64,000 nucleotides of DNA from Dicyema japonicum. Lineage: Eukaryota; Animalia; Dicyemida. Each line of letters begins with the position of its first letter. Within the stretch, counting starts at the first letter, position 1. A program made the position numbers and the translations under genes. The stretch spans positions 493,455-557,454 of the forward strand of contig RDEW01000011.1 in the NCBI GenBank assembly GCA_011109175.1, given 5' to 3'. The notes below the pieces were generated by a model. The model saw nothing but the letters and a program-made list of their open reading frames with translations. It did not search any database and had not been told where the DNA came from. Positions 50,403 to 62,960 of this stretch are shown here, one piece after another.

Positions 50403-50929
50403 TAAGAATTAATTTAGAAGATATCAGACGACGAAAGTTATTGGCCATAATAGAACTTAAAAAATTAAAATTCATTTTGATTAGATAGAATCAAATTCCT
50501 GCTAAGATTCGGTTACGCTTATATAATGGATTTGTCCTACCAGTCCTCATGTACGACGCAGGTACTTAGTGAACATCAAAGAAAGATATGGAACAACTTG
50601 ACTCATTTTACAGATGCCAACTAAGAAAACTCATTGGATATTCTTGGACAAAGATAATCTCAAACAATAAATTATACAGATTGACTGATTGAGGACCAAT
50701 AAGTCTAAACGTACTAGAAGCTTGTTAGTCCCCTTTTTTACATATTTTACAATCAGGAGGCGGGTAAGACGACGAAATAGATGGAGAAGACTAACGGGAA
50801 GGATAGTCGAAAACATGGGACAAGCGAAACCATATACGTTTTTTACTGGCAACGCGGACGTGCATTAACTAACAAGTAGCAAAGGTCTATCAGGTGATCA
50901 TGGCTTCTCCCAGCAATATTCTCATCTTT

Positions 50930-51590
50930 TTCCGGTGTTGCTCTTAGGAACCAACAAATTTTCGATAACGCCGTTCTTCTGGCGGTTTTCCATTTTGGGA
51001 GAATATGCCGCCCGATTTCCTAGCAAGGTCCGGGGTCGCTCTTATTGGCAGTTTAGTGTTTTGAGAGAATGTTTTGGTCATACTGGATTGTTTGAAGTTG
51101 ATCTTATCTATGTTTGTTCTGGAAAGTTTTGTACCTGAAGCTGCACATTCATAAATTATAGTTGGCTTGATGAATTGAGCGTACAACGTGGCTAGTTACC
51201 GGTTTAAGAATCCTTTAAATTTTGAGACGAGCACCTTCACGAAGTTAAGCTTTCGTGCCGAAGTAATGATTACGTTTGACACATGTGTGCTGAAAATTAT
51301 GAGGGTGTCGATTGTTACTCCTAGAATCCTAGAGTTGTTTCTTAGTGGGATTAGTTCACCATTCGAAATAGTTCGGCGGATGATTTGATAGTCTTATATT
51401 CGACGTAAAAAGAGAAGTCGTGGAGTTTTCTGTGGACATTGAAATTGAATTTTTATTCAACCATTCATGAAGTCTTTCCAGAGTAGTTTCGAATGTGTTC
51501 GTAGCTGTCGTAACACAGTATCCTTGTAAGCATTTTTCTAGGACCGAATCAAAGGCCATGCGGATATCAATCGAGCACACCAAAATTCAT
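50930..51590 (-). mobile_element. I-group LINE RT fragment with internal deletion
   Basis: SIDIRMAFDSV and YAQFIKPTIIYE. Confidence 0.65.
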
Positions 51591-51669
51591 TTTAGATAAA
51601 TATTTAATTAATATAATTTATTTTATTTAAATAAAAATAAAAGTCGGGCTATACACGAGTTGTGTTGTA

Positions 51670-53640
51670 ATGCCGGGAGGGTTACCTAAGAAGGAAACTA
51701 ATTTATTTAAGAAAACATTAGTAAGTTTAACTGAACTAATATTCAAGGTTGCTTATGAAAATCATCAACCACTTATAGCACAAAAGTTATGCAAACAGAT
51801 TATGGCCAATCCTGTTTGTGCTAAAAATGGAGAAGTGATTTCTGTTAGTGGACTTATCCAGCACGTGCTTGGGCAGAAGGAGAAAGGCATCCAATTGGCA
51901 AAAGAAGGGCTCAGAATAGATCCAAAATCTTCTATTTGTTGGCATATATATGCAATTATCTTGAGAACTGAAAAAAAATATGCTGAAGCTGCAAAGTGTT
52001 ATAAAAGCGCCTGGAAAATTAACAAGGTATCGTTTATAACTTATTCTAGAACAATTTGCAGATTCTGAGAGATCTTAGTCTTATGGAAATTCAGACTCGA
52101 GATATTGAGGGACTTGAGGAGTCAACAGGTGAATTATTAAGAAATAAGCCGACAATGAAAACTTCTTGGTTGGGTTTTGCAGTGGCACAGGCATTGTCAG
52201 CTGATTATGACACAACCTTGGAAATACTATCATCTCTCAGAAAATCGCTTAAAGTAAAGACATTATCAAATGATTATGAATATTCTCAAGTCATTCTGTT
52301 TGAAGTACGTGTGCTTGTTTTATCAGACAAAATCGATCAAGCTATGTTATTTTTAAAGGAGATGGATATGTATATTTACGATCGGGAGGCGTATTTGGAG
52401 TATTGGGGTTTATATTAAAATTAACAAATTAGCTATTCTTCTCCTTAAAACTGATAAAAAGGCGTCTATTGATGTTATCAACAAACTAATTCAAAGAAAT
52501 CCTGATTGTTTAAAGTACTATATATGGATTGAACAAGCAACTGATATAGAGTTTTCTAATGAAGGGAAAACCACATTTTACGAGTCTATGATTAAAAAAT
52601 ATCCTTACTCCACGGTTTGCAAACAAAGGTTAATGGAAATAACGAATGGTTGATAATATTATATAATTACAGATACCAAATTCTATGATTAAAAAATATC
52701 CTTACTCCACGGTTTGCAAACAAAGGTTAATGGAAATAACGAATGGTTGATAATATTATATAATTACAGATACCAAATTGATGACAGTCATAAAAGAATA
52801 TTTGGAAAATGGGTTCACTAAGGCTAATCCATCATTATTTGAGTCGATGAAGTTTTTATATGCTTTTGAAGACAAGGTAAAGGTAATCGAATCAGTGTTG
52901 AATGAGTTTGAATTTTCAAGTATTAATATATTGATGAGTAGATGACTCGCCTGTTTCCGTGTTAATGGTGTGGTTGTACTTGTCACAACACTATAATATA
53001 TTGGATAACCATTGTATGGCTATTAAATTTATTGATATGTGTATTGAACATACTCCAACCTTTTTGGATTTGTTTGTTATAAAGGCACAAATTCTAAAGA
53101 ATAGTGGAAATATTTTGGACGCTTGTAAGTGTGTTTTGTATGCCCAATCTGCTGATACTGCTGATCGTCATTTAAATTGCTTGTGTGTTCGCTATTTACT
53201 TGAGACTGGACAAGTTGATGAAGCTAAGGTTGTTACTGAAAAGTTCACCAAATCTGGAGTTAGTGCTGATGAATATATGGATGAAATGCAATGCCTGTGG
53301 TACCTCGTTTTATCGGCTGAAGCATATTTTGCCTCCAAGGATGTGTCAAATGCTATCAAAAAGTGTAATCAAGTCTTATCCGTATATTATTTTTTATTTT
53401 TAGCATTTTGAGGAATTTGATGATAATCAGTTCGATTTTCACACATACTGTGTGAGAAAGCAGACTATTAGGGAATATATTGATTTTCTTTCATTTGAAG
53501 ACAATTTATACAATAATGATGATTACATAACAATTTGCGAATTGATTTGTCGTATTTATTTTTCATTTTATGACGATTCTGATGATTTTGTCAAACAATA
53601 TGGTTTAATTATTTATAATTTGTAGAAATTAATGCGAGTG
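51670..53640 (+). CDS. NAA15: N-alpha-acetyltransferase 15 (NatA auxiliary subunit), runs into an assembly gap
   Basis: LPKKETNLFKK, GLRIDPKSSICWH, LQILRDLSLMEIQTRD, SWLGFAVA, HTPTFLDLFVIKAQILK, DTADRHLN, EMQCLWY and QFDFHTYCVRK; 22-25 nt introns. Confidence 0.92.
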
Positions 53641-53947
53641 NNNNNNNNNNNNNNNNNNNNNNNNNNNNNNNNNNNNNNNNNNNNNNNNNNNNNNNNNNNN
53701 NNNNNNNNNNNNNNNNNNNNNNNNNNNNNNNNNNNNNNNNNNNNNNNNNNNNNNNNNNNNNNNNNNNNNNNNNNNNNNNNNNNNNNNNNNNNNNNNNNNN
53801 NNNNNNNNNNNNNNNNNNNNNNNNNNNNNNNNNNNNNNNNNNNNNNNNNNNNNNNNNNNNNNNNNNNNNNNNNNNNNNNNNNNNNNNNNNNNNNNNNNNN
53901 NNNNNNNNNNNNNNNNNNNNNNNNNNNNNNNNNNNNNNNNNNNNNNN
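53641..53947. other. Assembly gap
   Basis: Run of N. Confidence 1.
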
Positions 53948-54399
53948 TTTGATTTTTCAAAAAATTAATATTCATATTTTAAATTACATATTAATCCAAT
54001 TATAACTATCGATTCCCATCCCTTAATTGATGTTGCGTTGCTGAATTGGAAAAGCGATTTTAAACTGATTTTTATTGCACGAATCAATAGCAACGGACAA
54101 GAATGGATTGGTCATAAATTTAGAAGAGGTCAAAAAAATTTCCAAATAGAGAAAATATGATATTTTTGGTATCAGATCAATGTTGGCAATTACATGGTAT
54201 CGATTTCTTGTAAATCAATTCAAGTACCTTTAAATGAAGGTAACTACTGTCTAACAGAATTTTTTTCAATTTTCAAGAAATTGAAGATCGAGTAATGTGA
54301 TTGAAAAAATTTCTGATTTCAATGTATGCGTTCAAATTGAGTGGTTTATAAACAGTCGGTATTAAGATTTTTTTGTTTATATGACATATTTTTAAAAAA

Positions 54400-55230
54400 T
54401 GTCAAATAACATTCAAAATTTTACGGTTCTCTGTTACAGGAAAATGTACATAATTTAGAAACAAAATTGATTCATGATTGAAGTGACGTCCATGGAAAAA
54501 GTCCACCTTGTTTAAAATGAAGAAAACAGCATTATTGGATAGGAGGTCATTTATTGGAAGTAAATCAAGTGGAATGGTCGTTGAAGTCTTCACAAATAAT
54601 ATGTTCCTTAGATAAAAGAGGGTAAAGGTTTGGAAACTGATTCTTGTTTTTTAAAACTTTCAAACTAAAGTTCTTTGTAAATTACATTCCAAGATTATCC
54701 TTGATCACTTCCATTTCCACATATATTGGAACATTTAAGTTATTTAGAATCACACACGGAGTCTAGACCCTTGAATCCATTGGCCCTCCCTCTTTTTCGC
54801 ACTCAACCGGTTTACGCAGTTTTTCTTATTCTGTATCACACTATTCACTTGCTTTGAGGAAAAGCATTACCCCTTCCATCCATAGAGTGAATCGTGTTGT
54901 ATTATGTCACGAATGATGAAGAGATATTTGTCCATATCGACGTGTATATTGNCTGAATCCATTGGCCCTCCCTCTTTTTCGCACTCAACCGGTTTACGCA
55001 GTTTTTTATTCTGTATCACACTATTCACTTGCTTTGAGGAAAAGCATTACCCCTTCCGTCCATAGAGTGAATCGTGTTGTATTATGTCACGAATGATGAA
55101 GAGATATTTGTCCATATCGACGTGTATATTGCCAGTTCATAAAAGAGTTTGGAAAGGCCTTTTCTTCTTCGCCCTAATGTCTATGTAGTCCTCTACAGCA
55201 AAGTTCAACGGCAAATATCTGAGTAAGTGC
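54400..55230 (-). CDS. Possible multi-exon hypothetical gene
   Basis: Short open segments (GNIHVDMDKYLFIIRDIIQHDSLYG) and GT-AG mini-intron candidates; confounded by the duplication at N 54952. Confidence 0.25.
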
Positions 55231-55640
55231 ACATTATTGTTTTATAATATGTACTCTTATTTTAGATATTTCCGAACGCAACTAATTTTTAGCGAGTTGG
55301 ATTTCTCAGCAAAGAGCATTGACCCTCTCATGATGCACCAATTTTCAATAACACCAATATATTTCTTTAGTCTTCTTTAGACTTCACGTTTATTGCTTTT
55401 TCAGTTGAGAAGGTATATAATCGAAAAGTCCCACGAGATTAGAGAATGGAGACCCACAATAATTTTAATATCGACGGTAACTAGGAACCGGCATCTACTT
55501 TTAATTTGAACAAGGATTCTAACATACATAATTTAAAAAGAGAAAGTAGTTATTGGTAATGAAAATAACCCGAAAATGCGTAAATAAGTGACGTTGTAAA
55601 TAAAACAATGATATAAATAAGTCACATTCGTAATGTCATA

Positions 55641-56092
55641 ATGTTAAACAGATTAAACAAAAATGATCTTCAAAACATTAAGGATAAAAAACAGATTGAA
55701 AATGTAAAACAAAAATTGGAAGAAGAACGGAGGCGGGTGATTTATAAATTTAATTCAGAAAAATATAAGCTAAAGTCAGATTTATTTGCAATCCCCAAAA
55801 TTAGTCATTTTGATCCACAAGAAATCCAGTAGTTTTACATTTAAAGATTAGAAATAAAATTGAGAGAAATGAAAAGAAAAACTTAAAAAATATGAATTAT
55901 TTCAATTTGAAGAGTGAATTAATAATAAAAAAATCACATAATGTTGTCCGAAAACCTAAAGAACAGTTATTTCAGTTGTTTCCTGTAATTCTCCGTGATA
56001 TTACTCCTCCAAAGAGATTTGACGCTAATACAACTGCCAAAATGATGATTATTGAACAGAAAAAATTAGAATCCAGAAATAAAAATACTTAA
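55641..56092 (+). CDS. Hypothetical basic protein
   Basis: ORFs 55641-55832 and 55892-56092 are joinable by a short GT-AG intron and a one-base homopolymer indel near 55880. Confidence 0.35.
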
Positions 56093-56881
56093 AATTTAAT
56101 GTCTTAATAATTTTACTAAATCCTAAATTTAATACAATTGTGTATTTCATGAATAAATTGGGGGAACCACCCTTCTAAATGTCGTAGAAGGGTAGGGAAT
56201 GTTGAACGGTTTTCTTCCATGCAGAACTTGCACTGAGTCCACCACAACAACAGGAGAACCGCATGACGCCACATTTTTGCTTGGGATCACTTAATTAGTG
56301 AGTTAACTCTTTTCTTGGTTGTCTTGAGGTTTTATCATTAGGAAATTGCCTGGAAACTGATCGAATGTTTTTGAGGCAGACTCGTGTCCTTCGTCGCTAA
56401 GAAAGTTACCAAGTCAAATTTTAAAATTCGTAGGAATGTCCATCTGAAAGAATTTCCAAATAAAATTTTTCCAGGGAACAGAATCGAATGCTTTGATGTC
56501 AACTAAACACAACACTGTCTTCTAATGTCTAAGCTTGTGGAACAAGCCAGAGCGAATAAATTCACTCAGAGTGATGAGATAATTTGTAGTAACTCGATTA
56601 TTATCGAATCCATGTTGGAGTGGGTTATAAGGAAAAATTTCCTTGACTTTCACAAGGACGTGTTTCTCCAGATTTTGGACATTGAGCACAGAAGAGGAAC
56701 TGGCTTGAATGAAACTGGGTTTTTTCGGCTTTCACGTTTTTAATATTAACCAAATTTCAAAAAGTTTCAATAATGTTGGAGTCGAATTCTGGTTTGCCCA
56801 GAATTTTCATGAGTATGGTGGAAATCTCATCGAATCTATGTGAATATGATCTGGTGTAACTCTTCACTTTTTTTAAATTAA

Positions 56882-59780
56882 TGGTTTTCCAGGTACGCTC
56901 TAATTTGGTGTGGTGACGTCGAATCCAACCCAGGCCCTAAAATCAACCTGGTCCAGATCAATATTAACGGAATACGAAACAAGGTGTTGGAAGTCCGCCA
57001 CTTACTCAGTAGTAATGAAATTGACATTGCTCTAGTCCAAGAGACAAAGCTACAAGCAAACATACGAACCCCAACCTCTCCCGGATACTCCGTTGTCCGT
57101 AAAGACTGAAAGATTAAGTTTGATGTAGGTACCCTAACCTACAGAATTTCTCAAACCTAAAAAACGTACTACTTTGCAGTGACCTCAACGCCGAACATCA
57201 ATTATGGTATGAAGACCAGAAACCAGACAGTAGAGGAAACATACTGCCCAGAAATTTGTGACAATTTTGTATATTGAATAAAACCAAAAGCAATACAAGA
57301 ACATCTACTCGAACAGGAGACAAACATACATCCCCTGACCTCTCTTTATGTTCCCCATCAATGTTTCCCCTCATCAACTGGACAGTAAAATATGAACTAA
57401 GAAGTGATCACAACCCTATTATGATGAAAATAAATACTGAAAATAAATTTATCAGACAGAATTCCACCTTTTTAACTTTTGAAAGCGCAGATTGGTCCAA
57501 CTTCTCTAATTACATCGACACCAATGTGGAAGTATCTCACACATTGGTATTCTTATCAATTGACCACTAGATCAAAACTTTCACGGACATTATTTTCCAA
57601 GCAAGAAAACTATTTATTCCAATGGGATGACATCAGAAAGAAATAAATTAGAGGCAAAAAGAATTATCAAATGACGACTTCCAAAAAAATGAAAACCTTA
57701 AATATACAAATTAAACAAGTTACCCAATCTAGAATCAAGAAGCGATGGACATCACTTATTGATTCTCAATCGCTAAATACATCCGAGACGCTGATATGGA
57801 GAAAAATTAAATATTTGAGACGTTGCAATGAAGACTCTGAGAAAGCCTTCCACGGACAGGGATGTAGCAACATCGACCCAAATATTTTAATGAAACACTA
57901 TGTTGCAATCAACCACAAAATTTTCTCGAGGGAACACAGAGTCTACAAAAAGTTGTATCCATCATATGATTTGATTGTCTTTACTTTGCAAGGAGTTCGA
58001 AACGCAATCATGGATGCCAAAAACTCCCGTTCCCGAAGTGCTGACAAGGTGTTTCGATGATGGAAATCAAACACCTTGGTGAAAAAGCAACCGAATTCCT
58101 ATCATACGTTTATACTCTTACGAAATCCATAATTCTGTCAATTCGGAAGCCAAACAAACCTGCAAATGATCCCTCTTCTTATCGTCCAATTGCAATGCTA
58201 TGTGCGATGTCCCGAATTTTAGAAAAATTAATCTTAACACGAATCAAAGATATTGTACCAAATCGAGTATTCCAGCATGGATTCCGTGAAAATCATTCTA
58301 CTACGACTCACTTAACGAAATTAATATATCTGATGGATTCTCCTATCCAAAACCATATAAAAGAACCATAATGGTACCAAATCGAGTATTCCAGCATGGA
58401 TTCCGTGAAAATCATTCTACTACGACTCACTTAACGAAATTAATATATCTGATGGATTCTCCTATCCAAAACTATATAAAAGAACCATAATGGCTTCAAT
58501 AGACTTGAAGAAACCATTCGACTCCGTGTCCCGGACGCTGCTCATAGAGAAAATTTCTGACACTCTTATAAATCCAAACATTAAAAGATGGCTGTCGAAC
58601 TTTTTAAATGGAAAAAGAGGACAAGTGATGTCAGACAACAGAAAATCTAAATCCCGTTTATTGCCGAATGGTGTCCCTCAAGGTTCACCTCTCTCCCCTG
58701 CTCTTCAACCTGTACATCAATGACCTTCCCACCAATGACGATCCCGATACATTGATACTTTCATACGCAGATGACATTGTTCTTGCGACGAGAGACTCTA
58801 ACTATGAGAAAGCAGGGATGAAACTTCAAAGTTATATTGGTATGTTGGAACATTGGCTAATATCAAATCGACTGGAAGTTTCTACAGGAAAGTCGTTTAT
58901 AACAATTTTCTCTACATATAGAGGATCATTATACTATCCCAAAAGCAAAATGTTTNGCTCTTCAACTTGTACATCAATGACCTTCCCACCAATGACGATC
59001 CCGATACATTGATGCTTTCATACGCAGATGACATTGTTCTTGCGACGAGAGACTCTAACTATGAGAAGGAAGGGATGAAACTTCAAAGTTATATTGGTAT
59101 GTTGGAACATTGGCTCATATCAAATCGACTGGAAGTTTCTACAGGAAAGTCGTTTATAACAATTTTCTCTACATATAGAGGATCATTATACTCTCCCAAA
59201 ATCAAATTGTTTGGATATGAAATTTCTATGAATAAGTCTCCAACAATACTAAGATTAAAGTTGGACACTCTCCTGACATTCGGCCAACACGTTATTACCA
59301 AGGTCAGGAGGACCAACAGATTGAAAATGTTGTCCCGATCACCAATAGGGCGCAACACCTTACTACAGAAAACTTAAAGATAATACATACTGACAGTAAT
59401 CGAATACGCATGTCCTTCCTGGAGCTCGATGATTTCTAAATCGTCGTCTCAAAAATTAGAAGCCACACAACTTGCTGCCTTGAAAATAATAAATAAGAAA
59501 ATTGTAGATAACGTATTGAATGTTAAAAACACCTACGGTGGAGAGTGAAGTCATTTCTACAGTGGGCAATGTAAACCGGCTGTCCGCTTTCATTCTCTAT
59601 ATATGACTATCTAGAAAATGCGGGGAATCTATGGAGAATGAGACCGTCCCCGTTTCTAACAATTCTGTTGGATCTTCGAGAACCCCGAACGAGAGCCAGA
59701 ACCCGGAAAACCGTGATCACTTAGTTGGTAGTTAACTTTTAACTTTTCCTAATCCGGTGATCTTAGAATAAAAAAAATCC
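56882..59780 (+). mobile_element. Near full-length single-ORF Ingi/Vingi-like LINE (2A + APE + RT), pseudogenised
   Basis: CGDVESNPGP, then QININGIR...LVQETKL and PDLSL...SDHNPI (APE), SYRPIAML, GFRENHST, DSVSR, GVPQGSPLSP and YADD; A-rich 3' end; no ORF1 or RNase H visible. Confidence 0.85.
56915..56938 (+). other. 2A-like ribosomal skipping motif DVESNPGP
   Basis: gac gtc gaa tcc aac cca ggc cct, in frame with the APE domain; exact match to D(V/I)ExNPGP. Confidence 0.85.
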
Positions 59781-60103
59781 CTTATTGGTTTTTTTAGTAG
59801 GTGAGATGTGTCAGTTTTTTATAGCGCTTGTGCGTATTTTTACGTTTATCAAAAACATTTAGATACTCTTGACTGAAGTTGTCGTTTTAGGATGGTATTT
59901 TATTTGCCTTCTAAATGTTACGAATTACTTTCCAGAATTGGGCTGTGAAACACATGATCTAACTAATATAACGTGACTGATAATAGTTTGAGGCCGTTTT
60001 GTTATCTGCATTTTGAATTCCTTGGCATTTATTGTGACCGGTTGAATACGAGCCGTTAAAGACGTTATACGTTAGAGCCGTTAGAAATCAATAATTTTTT
60101 ATT

Positions 60104-60543
60104 NNNNNNNNNNNNNNNNNNNNNNNNNNNNNNNNNNNNNNNNNNNNNNNNNNNNNNNNNNNNNNNNNNNNNNNNNNNNNNNNNNNNNNNNNNNNNNNNN
60201 NNNNNNNNNNNNNNNNNNNNNNNNNNNNNNNNNNNNNNNNNNNNNNNNNNNNNNNNNNNNNNNNNNNNNNNNNNNNNNNNNNNNNNNNNNNNNNNNNNNN
60301 NNNNNNNNNNNNNNNNNNNNNNNNNNNNNNNNNNNNNNNNNNNNNNNNNNNNNNNNNNNNNNNNNNNNNNNNNNNNNNNNNNNNNNNNNNNNNNNNNNNN
60401 NNNNNNNNNNNNNNNNNNNNNNNNNNNNNNNNNNNNNNNNNNNNNNNNNNNNNNNNNNNNNNNNNNNNNNNNNNNNNNNNNNNNNNNNNNNNNNNNNNNN
60501 NNNNNNNNNNNNNNNNNNNNNNNNNNNNNNNNNNNNNNNNNNN
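60104..60543. other. Assembly gap
   Basis: Run of N. Confidence 1.
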
Positions 60544-60859
60544 NGGATGATAGTCTACGAGCATATTTAGGGTATGCAAGTAGTTCATAAATAGTAGTTA
60601 GTAACAGCGGACGGTTGTGGGAGTCATATAGATATTTATATTGCTTGAAAGTCTAATGGTGAAATTGAACATAGAAAACTCAACTCCTACAATAATAATT
60701 AACAAAATGGTAATACACTTTCGTGATTTACTATATTCATAAATATTAATTAAAAGATTTTAGGGTCAGGGAAGTACACAGTATATAATTTTCCTTGAAC
60801 TCCGGTCTGCAATTGATAAAATGAATCTTCGACTCCCAACGTAATAGTCAGAGATCGGG

Positions 60860-61515
60860 TGAAGGGGTCTGCTGGATACCCATCCAAATGGAACAGTTGT
60901 CGCGGATAGAAGACGGAAAATGGGCCTGACGGAATTACAAGTTTGTTTTGTCTGATCTCTTCCTTTCCAACTATAGTGGCGTTATGTTATTCACCTGGCG
61001 TCCAGTGCCATTCCTCTTCTCACTCTATTAGAGGCGTTTCCAAAACTTTAAGGATGGACGTCTTTTACCTTTCATTCTGATTCCGGACGGACTTGTGTGA
61101 CGTTGAAGGACTCTGTTTCAGTAACAGTTGAAACTGGATACACTTAATTAGTTGTCAACTGTTGACTTTTTCAGTGTCCGATGTTAATTAAATAAATTGA
61201 TTTTTTATAATATTTTAAGCTTAATAAATTATTTAAGCAATATTACATATCTTAATTTTTTACATCTGTTGCGACCGAATTATCGGGAGCCGTTGGTCCA
61301 ATGACGGCTGAATTCTTGCAAGAACTCGGAGGATTGCTTGCCAGAAAGTAAAGGGATCAACGAGAAGGGTTATGGCTAAGACAAAAGATTGGAATANAGA
61401 AAGTAAAGGGATCAACGAGAAGGGCTATGGCTAAAACAAAAGATAGGAATTGCCATACTCAGAGGAAACACGTTCGCAATCCACGCAGCAGGCTTCCTCA
61501 ATTGACATTTGTTTA
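60860..61515 (+). mobile_element. CRE-like RLE remnant interrupted by a SINE family 2 copy (60960-61156)
   Basis: AGYPS...GPDGIT before the SINE and VATELSGAVGP...IAILRGN after it; SINE part ends ctggatacacttaattagttg. Confidence 0.6.
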
Positions 61516-61764
61516 ATTGTTAAAAAAATTTTTTGTTTAAAAAAAAAAATTTAAAGGCTAAATTTTAATCCTAACCCTAACTCAAGAACACTGTTTTTCT
61601 TGGACGGCTCTCTATTACTAATCTGACCTGTTAAGAACGCTCTTCATTATCTCGAGACATCAAACCTAATNAATATATGATAATATTTTAGTCAAAAATT
61701 AAATATTTAATTTTTATTTTCTTACAAATAATTTAAAGGCTAAACCCTAATCCTAACCCTAACT

Positions 61765-62806
61765 CAAGAACACTGTTTTCTTGGACGGCTCTCTATTACT
61801 AATCTGACCTGTTAAGAACGCTCTTCATTATCTCTGAAGACATCAAACCTAATCCGGGACCAGCGAAATTTCTTTTCATCATTCAACTCAACATAAATGG
61901 AGTGAGGAAAGGTAATCGAGTTCAGAACTTTCTTAAAGAAGTAAGACGTCGAGATGTGCCTCCTACAGGAGATGAAACTGCCACACTCTTCCCCCACTAC
62001 AACACTTCCGTTATACACTGTTATTAGGAAGGATCACCAGTTTGGACGTGGAGAAGTCATTACTGAAATCGGGGACACAATAATGCCTTCACATTATGAT
62101 CCTCTATCTCCCGTGGAATACATTGGGATCTCCATTCGAACTAACATGGGAAATATTACAACTGTGGTCATGTGAATTCTCCCTATCAGCTCCTTTCCAT
62201 AAGAGTTAATTTTCCCCTTAGATGTGTTACATAAAGAAACAGATATACAACATATCCATAAGTAGAAACACAATTCCAACGATGTGGAAGTTAGCCCAAA
62301 ACAGTCCAGTTAAGAAACCTGGAAAACCAAAAGAGTCCCATTCTTCTTATCGACCAATATCCCTATTATGCGCATTTTGAAAAAAATTCTTGAGAAAATT
62401 GCCTTTGACCGGATCTTAACATATTTACCTAAAGAATTTTTCGCACGAATTAAAAAAAGACTTATCTACAAGTATGTACTTGCAACCACTACAAACTTTA
62501 TTATGGGGGGACTTGAGTTAAAATCTAGGCACTTCAAAACTTTTTTGTGCTCGATTGACATCCACAGGACTTTTGACTCGGTCCCCAGAAAACTCTTAAC
62601 GAGGAAAACGTACTGCTCAGAAAACCCCAGCATTTTGCCAATCGATTTCTTCCAAACAGTGTGCCACATGGTTCCCCCTTGTCACCGTCGCTTTTTAACT
62701 TGCGTATGCCGATGACATAATTTATGCTTGCTGAGAGAAGCCGGGATCACCTGAGAGTTCTTCCTATTAATTAGTGTTTATCTGGTGATTTTTGGCTTAA
62801 TAATAA
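61765..62806 (+). mobile_element. Internally deleted Ingi/Vingi-like LINE derivative with both ends and a 17-bp TSD
   Basis: TAATCCTAACCCTAACT at 61748-61764 and 62807-62823; carries SEDIKPNPGP, QLNINGVR, SYRPISLL, SIDIHRTFDSV, a YADDI remnant and a (TAA)n tail. Confidence 0.8.
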
Positions 62807-62960
62807 TAATCCTAACCCTAACTATCATTCCTTCACCACCTATCGTTAATTAAACAAATCATACCGATTTTCGATTTTAGCGAGATAATTAACAACCTCT
62901 CTTAAACATTTGCCAGTCTACTGTTGTCGTCAAACTTCAGTCTAGATTGTTTCTGATAAT

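Larger units (their letters stand above)
46950..50900 (+). mobile_element. RTE-like LINE, degenerate, interrupted by a hAT derivative and a SINE
   Basis: KAFDSIDR, LLPVLFIIYLEAALKDL, IYADDVDF, KLGSLFGD and LYNGFVLPVLMY; 48710-49427 duplicated after N at 49428. Confidence 0.75.

Noticed and set aside
52588-52775. Internal duplication of about 100 bp in NAA15
   Set aside because: An exact copy including an intron that would break an essential gene; likely assembly error, though it needs a read check
53613-53975. ORFs spanning N runs (also 60088-60588)
   Set aside because: Artefacts of translating gaps
54770-55135. Direct repeat of about 180 bp
   Set aside because: Split by N at 54952; assembly artefact
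58255-59200. Duplicated RT segments within the LINE, including two YADD motifs
   Set aside because: One pair abuts N at 58956 and the other is a near-identical 120-bp repeat; probably mis-assembly, not a double-RT element
61741-61764. True chromosome end
   Set aside because: Only about three degenerate CCCTAA units, with ordinary sequence on both sides
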